Origin: Gemmatimonadales bacterium
GTDB taxonomy: Bacteria; Gemmatimonadota; Gemmatimonadetes; Gemmatimonadales; GWC2-71-9
Assembly (NCBI GenBank): GCA_041613315.1
Contig: JBFJHJ010000010.1
Span: 1-64,000 of the forward strand
Direction: 5' to 3'
Length of the DNA: 64,000 bases
Shown: piece after piece, positions 31,395-41,043 of the stretch
Position numbering within the stretch: position 1 is the stretch's first letter
Layout: each line of letters begins with the position of its first letter
The notes under the pieces: model-generated
What the model saw: only the letters and a program-made list of their open reading frames with translations
What the model was told of the DNA's origin: nothing
Database searches by the model: none
Made by a program: the position numbers and the translations under genes

Positions 31395-32360
31395 TCACCC
31401 GTCCGCCAACCCTGGAATACCCCGCAAGCCCGTCGCCGTCCGCACGGCGCGCTCGATCGCCGTCGCCGCGGCGTCCTGCGCGAGCATCTCGACGGCGACC
31501 GGCGACTGGTCGGGGAGCGCGCCCGTCGAGGCCGCGAAGACGATATCCCCGTCGAACTGGGAGCCGGCCGGTGCGATGCGCTGCGCGAGCGCGTCTGCGG
31601 CCATCTCGGCGAGGTCGCGCAGGTCGAGCCGTCCGAGACGCGCATTGGTTGCGACGACGACGAGGGTGGTGTTCGCGCCCGCGCGCGCGAAATTTCCGAA
31701 CGGGCCGCCGCCCTCCGCGAGGTACCGGCGCGTGTCCACGAACGCCCCGTCGCGGCGGGCGCCCGCGACGATCGCGCCGGTGGCATCGCGCACATCACCG
31801 AACGCGTTCACCACCGCCAGCGCGCCGACGACGAGGGAGTCGCGACGCACCGCCCAGGTCCCGACGCCGCCCTTCATCGCGCCATCCGCCCCGAGCACCT
31901 TGCCGACCGTCGCCCCGGTGCCCGCTCCGACCGATCCCTCGGCGACCGTCTCCGTGGCGGCCTCGCAGGCCCGATAGCCGTCCGCGGGCAGCGGCCACCG
32001 ATCCGCGGCCCCGATCGCCAGGTCGAAGATCACGGCGGCGGGCACGATGGGCACCACGGTGACGCCGACAGGAAACCCACGTTGCCGCTCCGCCAGCCAC
32101 CGCATCACGCCGTCGGCCGCGCCCAGGCCGTACGCCGACCCGCCGGTGAGAAGGATCGCGTGGATCCGGGGCACGAGATGCCGGGGGGACAGTGCGTCCA
32201 GCTCCCGTGTGCCGGTGGCGCGCCCGCGCGTATGCGCGGCAGCGACGAGGCCCTCCGGCGGCCCCAGGACCACGGTACAGCCCGTAGCGGCGTCAGGATC
32301 GCCTGCGTGCCCGACCAGAATACCGGACACGCTGGTGAGGGCGGGGGACGGTGCACTCAT
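31395..32360 (-). CDS. P1/S58 (DmpA-like) peptidase
   Basis: VGH, TGCTV, GTRE, LTGGSAYGL, VPIVPAAVIFDL, GAGTGA, NTTL, DGD. Confidence 0.9.
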   Translation of the reverse strand: MSAPSPALTSVSGILVGHAGDPDAATGCTVVLGPPEGLVAAAHTRGRATGTRELDALSPRHLVPRIHAILLTGGSAYGLGAADGVMRWLAERQRGFPVGVTVVPIVPAAVIFDLAIGAADRWPLPADGYRACEAATETVAEGSVGAGTGATVGKVLGADGAMKGGVGTWAVRRDSLVVGALAVVNAFGDVRDATGAIVAGARRDGAFVDTRRYLAEGGGPFGNFARAGANTTLVVVATNARLGRLDLRDLAEMAADALAQRIAPAGSQFDGDIVFAASTGALPDQSPVAVEMLAQDAAATAIERAVRTATGLRGIPGLADG

Positions 32361-32444
32361 CGTGGGTCGAAGTGTGCAGGTCGCGCGAAAACGACGTCAA
32401 GCGGCGCTTGCCGCTGTCGACCGATCTCCTTAGGTTGGGCGCGC

Positions 32445-33320
32445 GTGGACACCGCTCCCCTGAAGCCTCAGCAGGTGCTCGTCGTGGACGACGAGGCCAG
32501 CATCCGCAACGCCCTCCGGCGCTACCTCGAGCACGTGGGTCACACGGTGTACGTCGCCGTCGACGGCGCAGAGGCGGTGGGACATCTGCGCCGCCATGCC
32601 AGCCTCGCCCTGATGCTGTGCGATATCCGCATGCCGAAGATGACCGGCGTGGAGCTGGTGCCACTCGCGCTCGCGGAAAACCACGACCTCGCCATTCTCA
32701 TGCTCACGGCCGTGGACGACCCCCGCACCGCGATCGAGTGCATGAAGCTCGGCGCATTCGATTATCTCATCAAGCCGGTGGACTTCGAGGAGCTCGGCCT
32801 CCGGATCGCGCAGGCGCTGCGCCGCCGTGACCTGGAGATCGAGCGCCGTCAGCTCGAGGCGTGGCTCGCCAAGGAAGTCGCGATTCGCACTCGCGAGCTG
32901 GAGGACGGCGCCTCGCATCTGCAGGAAGCGGCGATCCGCGCCTTGACCGCCCTGGCGGATCGGCACGACCACGCCGCGAAGGTGCGCCCCGCCGGGGCGG
33001 AGACGGCGGCGACCGCGCGAAAGCTGGGGGCCGCGCTCGGGCTCAGCGGCGTCGACCTCGACGAGGTCGTCGCCGCCGCGCACCTGGGGAATATTCTCGA
33101 TCTCCAAGAGGTGCGGGAAGGGCTTCGGGCCTTCGTGAACTACCAAAACGCAGTCGCCTTCGCGGAGCCGCTCAGCGACCGCGACACGGACACCGCGCTC
33201 GGCCGGCAGATCGTGGCGGCGGCCCGGCTCCACGCCGTGTCGGGTCCGGCGGCGGTGACGGCGGCGTCCTACCTGTCGGATCAGGTGAAGGCGGCGGCGC
33301 GGACGGCGCTCGCGGGGTAA
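32445..33320 (+). CDS. Response regulator (REC + degenerate HD-GYP-like domain)
   Basis: VVDDE, CDIRMP, GAFDYLIKP, V..RT.EL linker as in RpfG-type proteins; HD motif region reads AAHLGNI. Confidence 0.8.
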   Translation: MDTAPLKPQQVLVVDDEASIRNALRRYLEHVGHTVYVAVDGAEAVGHLRRHASLALMLCDIRMPKMTGVELVPLALAENHDLAILMLTAVDDPRTAIECMKLGAFDYLIKPVDFEELGLRIAQALRRRDLEIERRQLEAWLAKEVAIRTRELEDGASHLQEAAIRALTALADRHDHAAKVRPAGAETAATARKLGAALGLSGVDLDEVVAAAHLGNILDLQEVREGLRAFVNYQNAVAFAEPLSDRDTDTALGRQIVAAARLHAVSGPAAVTAASYLSDQVKAAARTALAG

Positions 33321-33330
33321 GGGCCGTGGG

Positions 33331-33513
33331 TCAGGCGCCCGGCCGCGCCCCGCTCCCCTGTGCCTTTGCCTGGCACGCCTTGCACAGGGTCACGCCGCGC
33401 ATCGAACAGATGAGACAGATGAACGTACCGCACCCGTCGCAGGGATAGCCCTCCGAGGCCCGCTCCTGATTGCCGCACGCGCGGCAGATCATCGCATCGA
33501 CTTCCTGGCCCAT
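33331..33513 (-). CDS. Small Cys-rich Zn-finger protein (60 aa)
   Basis: Four CxxC motifs (CRAC, CDGC, CLIC, CKAC); AAGGAGG RBS upstream. Confidence 0.8.
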   Translation of the reverse strand: MGQEVDAMICRACGNQERASEGYPCDGCGTFICLICSMRGVTLCKACQAKAQGSGARPGA

Positions 33514-33571
33514 GCCGCCTCCTTACCGTGGAATATGCCGCTCGGGACCGCGGCGTCCAGCGCGCCCCGAC

Positions 33572-34471
33572 CTAGGGCGCCGGCGTGGGAACCAGCACGC
33601 CGATGGCCGCCGGCTGCACCTCGACCGTGAACGGCGTGTCGCCGGCCGGCTCGCCATCCAGTTGGACGGGACGCGGCACGTCCGTCTCGACCGTGACGCG
33701 CCGGGCTCGGGCGAAGCGCACGAAGGCGCTCGTGCGCACGCGGCCGGTGAGCGCCCGCCACATGACGTCGATCCCCGCGAGCACCGTCGCGGCCTTGACG
33801 ATCAGCACGTCGAGGATGCCGTCGTCGGGCACGACCCCGTCACGAATCCGTACATACGGCGGCATCACCTCGCCGCAGTTGGCGACGAGCACCATCGTCG
33901 CGGCGGTCTCGATCACCTCATCGTCCACCGTGATCCGGTGGGGCACCGCCCGGAGATCACCCAGCGACTTGACGGTTTGGCCCACGTACGCACCCATCCC
34001 CCACCGCCGTTTGGCCTCAGCCGTGGCGCCCGCCATGACCTGCGCGTCCACGCCGGTGCCGCCGGCCACGGCGAAGTAGCGGGCACCGGCCTCGCGGAGC
34101 ACCCGCCCCAGGTCGATGCGCCGCGGCACACCGCGGGCGACCACGCGCGCCGCGGCCACGGGATCGCGCGGCAGGCGCAAATTGCCGGCGAGGAGGTTTC
34201 CGGTCCCGCCCGGAATCAGTCCAATCGGGACCTCATGGCCGATCACACCGCGCACGACTTCGGCCGTCGTGCCGTCGCCACCGTACACGGCGATGCGGTC
34301 CACGCCGTCCCTGACGCCACGGCGCGCCAACTCCGCGGCGTCGCCCGGGCGCGTCGTGCCGGCGACGTCCACGTCCCACCCCTCGGCCGCCAGGGTGCGG
34401 GACACCGACCCCACCACCTCGGCGTCGCTGCGGGCCGCCACCGGGTTGAACACCAGCAGCACCCGCGGCAC
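33572..34471 (-). CDS. Diacylglycerol/lipid kinase family protein (YegS/DgkB-like)
   Basis: FNPVA, GGDGT, PGGTGNLLA, DDGILD, QLDGE. Confidence 0.93.
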   Translation of the reverse strand: MPRVLLVFNPVAARSDAEVVGSVSRTLAAEGWDVDVAGTTRPGDAAELARRGVRDGVDRIAVYGGDGTTAEVVRGVIGHEVPIGLIPGGTGNLLAGNLRLPRDPVAAARVVARGVPRRIDLGRVLREAGARYFAVAGGTGVDAQVMAGATAEAKRRWGMGAYVGQTVKSLGDLRAVPHRITVDDEVIETAATMVLVANCGEVMPPYVRIRDGVVPDDGILDVLIVKAATVLAGIDVMWRALTGRVRTSAFVRFARARRVTVETDVPRPVQLDGEPAGDTPFTVEVQPAAIGVLVPTPAP

Positions 34472-37400
34472 TAGTAACGCTTTTCCCAGAAGAGATCGAA
34501 CCCCAGCTGCAGCTGTCCCGCCTCACCCGAGACGTCGCAGATCCGCAACGGATCGACGCTGGCGGCCACCAGCCACCGCCGGCTCAACCGAAACTCCAGG
34601 CTCGCGCCCAGGTTCTCCAGACTCACGACCGACTGTCGCGGACAGATGCGCGGGCTCGCCGTGAGGAACGCCGACGTGCCGAAGATCGTGAACTGCTTCC
34701 CGACGGAGATCTCCGCGGAAAGGAGACTCGAGCCGGCCGTGCGGATCTGCAGATAATCGAGCGGAATGCCCAGGTCGCCGATCAGCGACGCCCCGAGCTG
34801 GCCGGACAGCACGCCCACGACGTTGGCCAGCATCTGATCCTGCAGCCGCCGGTTCTCCGCGCCGCCCGCTCCGGTAAACGCCTGCAGGCTGGGCGCGCCG
34901 AACAGCAGATACGAGATGATCTCCGTCTCGGAGATGGCGGGGCGGATGTCGCTGCTCAGCGTGAGCTTCGGCTCGTACAGCGTTCCGCCAATGTGCACGA
35001 ACACCGTTACATTGTCGCCCCGTGGCACACGCACGAGGTGGCGGGCTTCGATGTCCAGATCCGCATTGAGGTCGGGTGTCCCAAAGTACCGGACCTGGCC
35101 CCGCGTCACCTGGAACTCCCGGGTCACCGTGGGGAACAACTCGAGCCGATAGGTCCCGCGAGGCGTCTCCAGCGTCCCCGTGAATCGGTAGCGGTCGCGG
35201 AGCTTGTTGACCGTCACCGTGCCGGACAACTGGATGTTGGCCTCCCCCGAGCGCAGCCACACGTCCGACCCCATCTCGAGGCGCAGGCTGTCCACCCGGA
35301 GGCTGTCGAGGAACCGGTTCTCGAACTCGGGCCCGAGACCCTGACGCTTGATCAGTGTCGTGTCCACGAACTCGCGGAACAGCGGGTCTTCCAGGTTAAC
35401 GACGTTCTTGTTGATCAGGTCGGCAAAGTACAGCACGCCACGCGTGGCTGTGCCGTGTCCCGTGAGGGTCGCGTTGAACAACGGGCCCTTGAGCTCGAGG
35501 TCGCCCGTGGCCGTGAGCGTGAGGAAATCGCGTGCGTCGAGGCTGCGGAACTCCCGGCCCGTGACACGCAGGTCCAGGATGGGGCGGCTCAGCTCCTCGA
35601 GCCGCACGAATCCGGCGACCTCCGCGGTGCCCTGTCCGCTGCGCACCCGGAGCTGCCGCACGTGGATGGTATCGCCCGAGAGGGCGAGCGCGATGTTCAG
35701 ACCCTCGTGCCGCACGCCCAGGGATGGGAAGCTCGCTGACCCGTCACGGACGTCCACCCGGCCGGTGAGGACCGGCCGCTCCCAGTTGCCCGTGATGCCG
35801 AAGTCCGCGTCGAGGGTCCCCGCGGAGCGCCGCACGAATGGGGTGAGCGCGTCCACGAAGGCCAGGTCCACGCCCGCCGCGACGGCCCGCACCGAAAGCG
35901 GGCCGGGGAGCTGGCGTTGCGTCGCCCCCGTGATGGCGAGGTCCACGGGAAGGCTCACGTCCACCTGCAAGATTTGCTCGCCCGCACGAAACAGCGTGAA
36001 CTCGCCCGCGAGCCGGCGGTCGCGATAGCTCGCCCGTCCGTCCACGATCGGCGCACGGAACGTGTCGAACCGCAGGCCCCGGAGCGCAACGGTGAGATCG
36101 ATGGCGGGGGCCCGCGCCGTGCCGGTGACGCGCAGCGTGCCGCTCAACTCTCCTTCGGTCTCCTCGTAGTCGCGCTGGAGCAACAGCCACAGGTCGCGGA
36201 TCGGCAGGGCACGCATCTCGCCCGTGAGGTCGCCGCGACCGGCGAACGGGAGGCGTCCCGTGAGGGAGACCGACCCCGCGCCCAGGGCGCCCGTGAACAC
36301 GACGCCTCTCAGATCCACGCCGCTGTCGGAGACCGCGACGACCGCGCTCGTGTCGACGAACCAGGCGCCCGTCGCGAGGAGGACGCCGAGGGAGTCCACC
36401 GGGACCGTGTGGCCGGTCGAGTCGGCGAGCCACCGCCCACCGCCGATGAAGCCACCCACGTCGCCGAAGCGGCCGCGGCCGAACCACGAGAGGCTGTCCG
36501 GCGGACCCGCCACACGCGCTTCCACGGCACTGAAGGCGAATCCCGCCCGAGAGACGGAGTCCAGCGCCACCTGGCCCGTGAGCCGCCGGGCCGTCGGCGC
36601 CCACGACCCCCGCCCCCGGACGCCGACGAGCGACACGGCGCCGCGCTCGAGTCGCCGGGCGTCGAGCGAGCCCGCGAGCAGGTAGTCGTCCAGGGCGCCC
36701 TCGATGCGTACGGTCAGAATGGCGGCGCCGCCGGTCGGTATGAACGCGGCGCTGGTGTCGGGCGGGCCGAGCCACGTGGCGAGGAACGGCTCGAAGATCG
36801 CGAGGGAGTCCACCCGGCCCGACACCGTGAGCACGCCGCGGCGGGGCGCCACGAGCCCCAGCGAGCCGCGCCCGTCCATACGGAGGGTGTTCCCCCAAAC
36901 CCGCAGGGTGCCGATCGTCAGGCTGCTGTCCGCAAGAGCCACGACCGCGCGAGCGCTGTCCACGGCGAGGCCGTGCACGACCGAGGTATCCACGTTGATG
37001 GCGAGCCGCCACCGGGCCGAGGGGTCGAACCCCATCCCGCGCGCCTCCCCTCGCGCGTACAGACGCGTCTCAGGGAAGCTGGGATGGAACGCGTGGAGGT
37101 CCACGTTGCGCAGCATTACCGCGAGGGTGTGGGCCCCCCAATCCCCGGTCCCGAGGTTCAGCACGCCCCGCGCATCGATCGCGCCGCCGCGGCCCCGCAA
37201 CGTGGCGTCGACCGCCACGGAGTCCAGGTACCCGGCCAGACCGAGACGGCCGGAGAAGGCACCGCCCACCTCACTCAGCGCGGGGAAGCTGCCCGCCAGC
37301 CCGTCGAGGCTGAGCGGATCGAGGTCCACCTCCGCCCACACGCCAAGGGTCTCGCCCCGCGCGTCGAGTCGAATGCTGCCGCGCACGACCGATAGGGGGC

Positions 37401-38811
37401 GGGGCTCGTCGTCGTGCGTGAGCTCGCCGTTGAACGTGGGCGTGAGCCACGCTCCGTCCAGGCGGCCCCGGCCGCGGACGCGGCCCTCCAACGCCGCCGC
37501 CGGGATGAGGCGCCGCACGCTCCCCATGTCCACGTCCGCGTTCCGCACCGTGAACCCGCCGAAGACGACGTCACCGGGGACGCCCAGGGACACGGGGCCT
37601 TCACCGATCACGCTGGTCTCGGGCCACCCCTCCACCAGGGAATCGTGGAACGTCGCCGACGCCGTCAGCTGCATCCGCTCGCGGGGACCGTCCATGCCGA
37701 CGCGTCCTGTGAGTCGCCCGGCGATCGGCAGGGTGTCGAGGAAGCCGCGGACGTACTCGAGATCGAAGTTCTGCAGCTCCAGGCGCGTGCCGAGCTGGGC
37801 CCACGTGTCCGGTCCCAGGCGCATGCCCAGCCGGCCGCGCAGCCGCCCGCCACCGCCGGTCCCTTCGAGATCGAGGCGCTCACCGACGAACTCGAGCACT
37901 TCCCCGCTGATCGAGCGGATCGTGAAGTCGCCGCGCCCGGCCACGCCGCCCGGGAGCTCGGACACGAGTCCCAGCACCTCGGCCGACACCACGCGAGCCG
38001 CGCGGACATCGAGATTCAGGAGCAGGGTGTCGCTGCCCCACGCCAGCGAACCCCGGACGGCCGCTCGTGTCGCCGGCAGGGAGAGGTTCTGGAGCTCCAG
38101 GGTCAGCGAATCACCCCACACGTTGACCAGCCCACGAGCCGCCGTCACGTCGAGGAGCGGGTCAGACGCGGACGCGCTGAGCGCCGCCACCTCGATGGCG
38201 ACCGCCCGCTCGAACGGCAGCGGGGAGGACAGCCGCACGAAGGGGAACTGCGCGTTGACGCGGTCGATGCGCCGAACCCGGACACCTCCGCCACGGCCAT
38301 CGGCCACCCCGTCGCCGGACGGCGTCCGGATCACGACCGTGGCGCCGATGAGCCGCACGTCGCTGAACGCGATGAGCGGCGGGCGGCCCCGGGGCGCCGC
38401 GGTGTCGGCGGCGCCGCGAGCGAAGATCTCATCGACGTTGAACGGCCCGCCCGGGTGCGCCTGCACCAGTGTCGCGGTGGGACGCGACAGGATCAGCTGG
38501 CCGAGGACGATACGGCCGCTCAGCAAGTCGTCCAGCCGGTAGCGGAACTGCAGGCGGGCGATCTCCAGGAGCGGGGCGCCGTCCCGGCCGACGATGGCGA
38601 TATCGTCGAGCGTGAGCCCGTCCAGGAACGAGCCGCCGACCTCTCCCACGGTCATCGTGCCGTTGATCCGGTCGTTTACGAACGTGACCGCGGCATCGGC
38701 GACCAGGCGGCGCCCAGTCTCGGTGCGCAGCGCTGCCGACGCACCTCCGAGCAGGGTGCCACCCACCCAGATGGCGACGACGGCGCCCCCCAGCCCGAGC
38801 CGGCTACCCAC
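34471..38811 (-). CDS. tamB: Translocation/assembly module TamB-like protein
   Basis: 1446 aa, N-terminal anchor, beta-rich body, C-terminal LSS.P...EIISYLLFG motif; adjacent to an Omp85 gene. Confidence 0.85.
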   Translation of the reverse strand: MGSRLGLGGAVVAIWVGGTLLGGASAALRTETGRRLVADAAVTFVNDRINGTMTVGEVGGSFLDGLTLDDIAIVGRDGAPLLEIARLQFRYRLDDLLSGRIVLGQLILSRPTATLVQAHPGGPFNVDEIFARGAADTAAPRGRPPLIAFSDVRLIGATVVIRTPSGDGVADGRGGGVRVRRIDRVNAQFPFVRLSSPLPFERAVAIEVAALSASASDPLLDVTAARGLVNVWGDSLTLELQNLSLPATRAAVRGSLAWGSDTLLLNLDVRAARVVSAEVLGLVSELPGGVAGRGDFTIRSISGEVLEFVGERLDLEGTGGGGRLRGRLGMRLGPDTWAQLGTRLELQNFDLEYVRGFLDTLPIAGRLTGRVGMDGPRERMQLTASATFHDSLVEGWPETSVIGEGPVSLGVPGDVVFGGFTVRNADVDMGSVRRLIPAAALEGRVRGRGRLDGAWLTPTFNGELTHDDEPRPLSVVRGSIRLDARGETLGVWAEVDLDPLSLDGLAGSFPALSEVGGAFSGRLGLAGYLDSVAVDATLRGRGGAIDARGVLNLGTGDWGAHTLAVMLRNVDLHAFHPSFPETRLYARGEARGMGFDPSARWRLAINVDTSVVHGLAVDSARAVVALADSSLTIGTLRVWGNTLRMDGRGSLGLVAPRRGVLTVSGRVDSLAIFEPFLATWLGPPDTSAAFIPTGGAAILTVRIEGALDDYLLAGSLDARRLERGAVSLVGVRGRGSWAPTARRLTGQVALDSVSRAGFAFSAVEARVAGPPDSLSWFGRGRFGDVGGFIGGGRWLADSTGHTVPVDSLGVLLATGAWFVDTSAVVAVSDSGVDLRGVVFTGALGAGSVSLTGRLPFAGRGDLTGEMRALPIRDLWLLLQRDYEETEGELSGTLRVTGTARAPAIDLTVALRGLRFDTFRAPIVDGRASYRDRRLAGEFTLFRAGEQILQVDVSLPVDLAITGATQRQLPGPLSVRAVAAGVDLAFVDALTPFVRRSAGTLDADFGITGNWERPVLTGRVDVRDGSASFPSLGVRHEGLNIALALSGDTIHVRQLRVRSGQGTAEVAGFVRLEELSRPILDLRVTGREFRSLDARDFLTLTATGDLELKGPLFNATLTGHGTATRGVLYFADLINKNVVNLEDPLFREFVDTTLIKRQGLGPEFENRFLDSLRVDSLRLEMGSDVWLRSGEANIQLSGTVTVNKLRDRYRFTGTLETPRGTYRLELFPTVTREFQVTRGQVRYFGTPDLNADLDIEARHLVRVPRGDNVTVFVHIGGTLYEPKLTLSSDIRPAISETEIISYLLFGAPSLQAFTGAGGAENRRLQDQMLANVVGVLSGQLGASLIGDLGIPLDYLQIRTAGSSLLSAEISVGKQFTIFGTSAFLTASPRICPRQSVVSLENLGASLEFRLSRRWLVAASVDPLRICDVSGEAGQLQLGFDLFWEKRY

Positions 38812-38829
38812 GGCGTCTCCCCGGCGCGG

Positions 38830-41043
38830 TCAAAACGCCTGCCCCACGGAGAAGTGCACCTGGAGGCGCTGGAAGAAGGTGCGTGGCTCGGCCGCCAGCT
38901 CTCGCGAGGGGAACTGCGGCGTGAGCAGCCGCAGGATCCGCACGCCGTTTTCCACCACTTCCTGGTACAGCGCACCCCGCTGCACGTTTGACCCATCGTA
39001 GGCGACGTCCAACCGGACCGGCCCCAGCGGCGACCCGACGCGAATCCCCACGCCTGGCGTGACGCGGAACAATTCGAGGCTCGAGAACTGGTCGTCGCGC
39101 TCGATCAGCCGTCCCGCATCCACGAAGAGGGCGCCGGAGATGCGATTGCCCAGGCCGGGCAGGGGGAAGCGCAGCTCCACGTTGGCGAGGATCAGCTGGT
39201 TGCCGCCGACGGCGGCGGTCCGGAGCCGCCCCGTCGCCGTGTCCACCATGCCGGTGGCCGGATTCACGAACTGTACGGTGTCGGGCGGCTCGACCGTGGC
39301 GGCGAGCACCCGGACCAGTGGACCGAGCTCGTTTTGGCCAAACCCGCGGACGCTGTTGGCGCCCCCGGCAAAGAAGCGCTCCTCGGGCGGCACGAACCGC
39401 CGCGCGACCCCTGCGGTATCCGGCAAGCTGGGGGCTGCGACGCCTCCCACCCGCACCCGCCACGCGAACACGGAGCGCCCGCCCACGCGATGGTAGACGG
39501 CGAGCTCCGTCACCGCTTTGGCGAACCGGCTCAGGGAATCCGCGCCCGTCAGGCCCGCGCCGTAGCGCAGCTCGCCGGAGAGCACGCTGCCGCGGGTCGG
39601 ATCCAGCAGAGAGTTCGTCCCGTTGCGCACGACGCCCAGCGACACGGTGGAGCGCAGGCGTCGCTCCTCGAACCGCCTGGTATCCGCCTCGGCGCACACA
39701 TCGAAGAACGTACACACCGTGGCGGGATCGGCCTCGGTCTTCACGGAGCCGAGCGAATACGTGAGCGTGACCGGGACGTTGGCGCGAACCTGCCGCGTGA
39801 AGGAGATCTCGCCGCCGAAGGCCTCTCGAAAGAACGCCCGGAACTCGCTCTGCCGCTCGGCGAAGAGTGACACGGTCGCGCTCGTGCGCCGGGAGAAGAA
39901 AATGGGCTCCGTGAAACTCGCATTCAGGCTGAAGTTGAGGCGCCGGCGCGTCGAATCGTCCTTCCCGAGTTCCCAGCAGAGCGAGTTATCGAAGCCGAGG
40001 TCGAACGGATCGCCGGTGCCGATCTTGGACAGTCGCGCGCTGAGCTGCAGCTGACGGGCACCGCCGAGGACGCCCCGGCCCGTCCACGACGTCAGCGTCC
40101 GAATGCAGTCAAACGAGCCGTACCCGGTGCCCAGCCGCACGCGGTGCAACGGACCTTCGGCGACGTGCACGTGCACGGTGACCACAGAATCTCCAGGATG
40201 CTCCGGGACCGAATCTGCCAGGCTCACGTTCACGAAGTTGTATACCCCCATGCGGTACAGATCGAGCTGGCTTTCGTACAGCTCGCGCTCGCTGTACCGC
40301 CGACCCGGGCGGATGGGAATCAGTCGGCGCACCACGTCGGCGGGAATCTGGTCTGCGCCCACCACCTCCACCTCCCCCACCGCTGCCCGCGGGCCCGGCA
40401 CGACATCGAACGCGACCTCCGCCCGCCGGGCGGCCCGGTCCTCGTCGAAGCTTCGGAAGACCTCCGCGAACGGGTATCCGCGATCGTGGAGGAACACGCG
40501 GATCGTGTCCGCCGAGGCGAGCAGGCGAAGGCGGTTGAACGGATCGCCCACTTTGAGGGGGAGATCCCGGACGATCCGCTCGGGGGAGACGATCTCCTCG
40601 ACGCCGGTGACGGCGAGCGACGCGACGCGCACCGGCTCTCCCTCGTGGATGAAGAACCGAATGTCGACCCGCCGTCCCGCGCGCCGCACCAGCGTATCCA
40701 CCGAGGCGTCCACGAAGCCGCCCTGACGGTACAGCGCTTCGATCCGGAGCACGTCCCGCCGGAACTCCGTCTCGTCGAAGTAGCGCTTTTCCCCAAGGAA
40801 CCCAACCACCCGGGCGAACCACGACGAGCGCGACGTGGCGATCGAGGCGCGGAGCGTATTGTCGTCGATCGCGCGGTTGCCCTCAAAGGCGAGGCCGTAG
40901 ACGATGGGCGGCGACACGTCTTCCTGCTCCTGGCCCTCCAGCGGTCCGGCGAGGGTCGTCGACGCCAGAAGGAGCATGGCCCACGTCCCCAGCGCTCGGG
41001 GCCGGCGACCGAAGCCGACCGCACCGCCACTACGCGCGTTCAA
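38830..41043 (-). CDS. Omp85 family outer-membrane protein (TamA/BamA-like)
   Basis: Signal peptide, POTRA repeats (FEGN, Y...GF, GYPFA), RFFAGGANSVRGF, SPLGPVRLD, terminal GQAF. Confidence 0.92.
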   Translation of the reverse strand: MNARSGGAVGFGRRPRALGTWAMLLLASTTLAGPLEGQEQEDVSPPIVYGLAFEGNRAIDDNTLRASIATSRSSWFARVVGFLGEKRYFDETEFRRDVLRIEALYRQGGFVDASVDTLVRRAGRRVDIRFFIHEGEPVRVASLAVTGVEEIVSPERIVRDLPLKVGDPFNRLRLLASADTIRVFLHDRGYPFAEVFRSFDEDRAARRAEVAFDVVPGPRAAVGEVEVVGADQIPADVVRRLIPIRPGRRYSERELYESQLDLYRMGVYNFVNVSLADSVPEHPGDSVVTVHVHVAEGPLHRVRLGTGYGSFDCIRTLTSWTGRGVLGGARQLQLSARLSKIGTGDPFDLGFDNSLCWELGKDDSTRRRLNFSLNASFTEPIFFSRRTSATVSLFAERQSEFRAFFREAFGGEISFTRQVRANVPVTLTYSLGSVKTEADPATVCTFFDVCAEADTRRFEERRLRSTVSLGVVRNGTNSLLDPTRGSVLSGELRYGAGLTGADSLSRFAKAVTELAVYHRVGGRSVFAWRVRVGGVAAPSLPDTAGVARRFVPPEERFFAGGANSVRGFGQNELGPLVRVLAATVEPPDTVQFVNPATGMVDTATGRLRTAAVGGNQLILANVELRFPLPGLGNRISGALFVDAGRLIERDDQFSSLELFRVTPGVGIRVGSPLGPVRLDVAYDGSNVQRGALYQEVVENGVRILRLLTPQFPSRELAAEPRTFFQRLQVHFSVGQAF

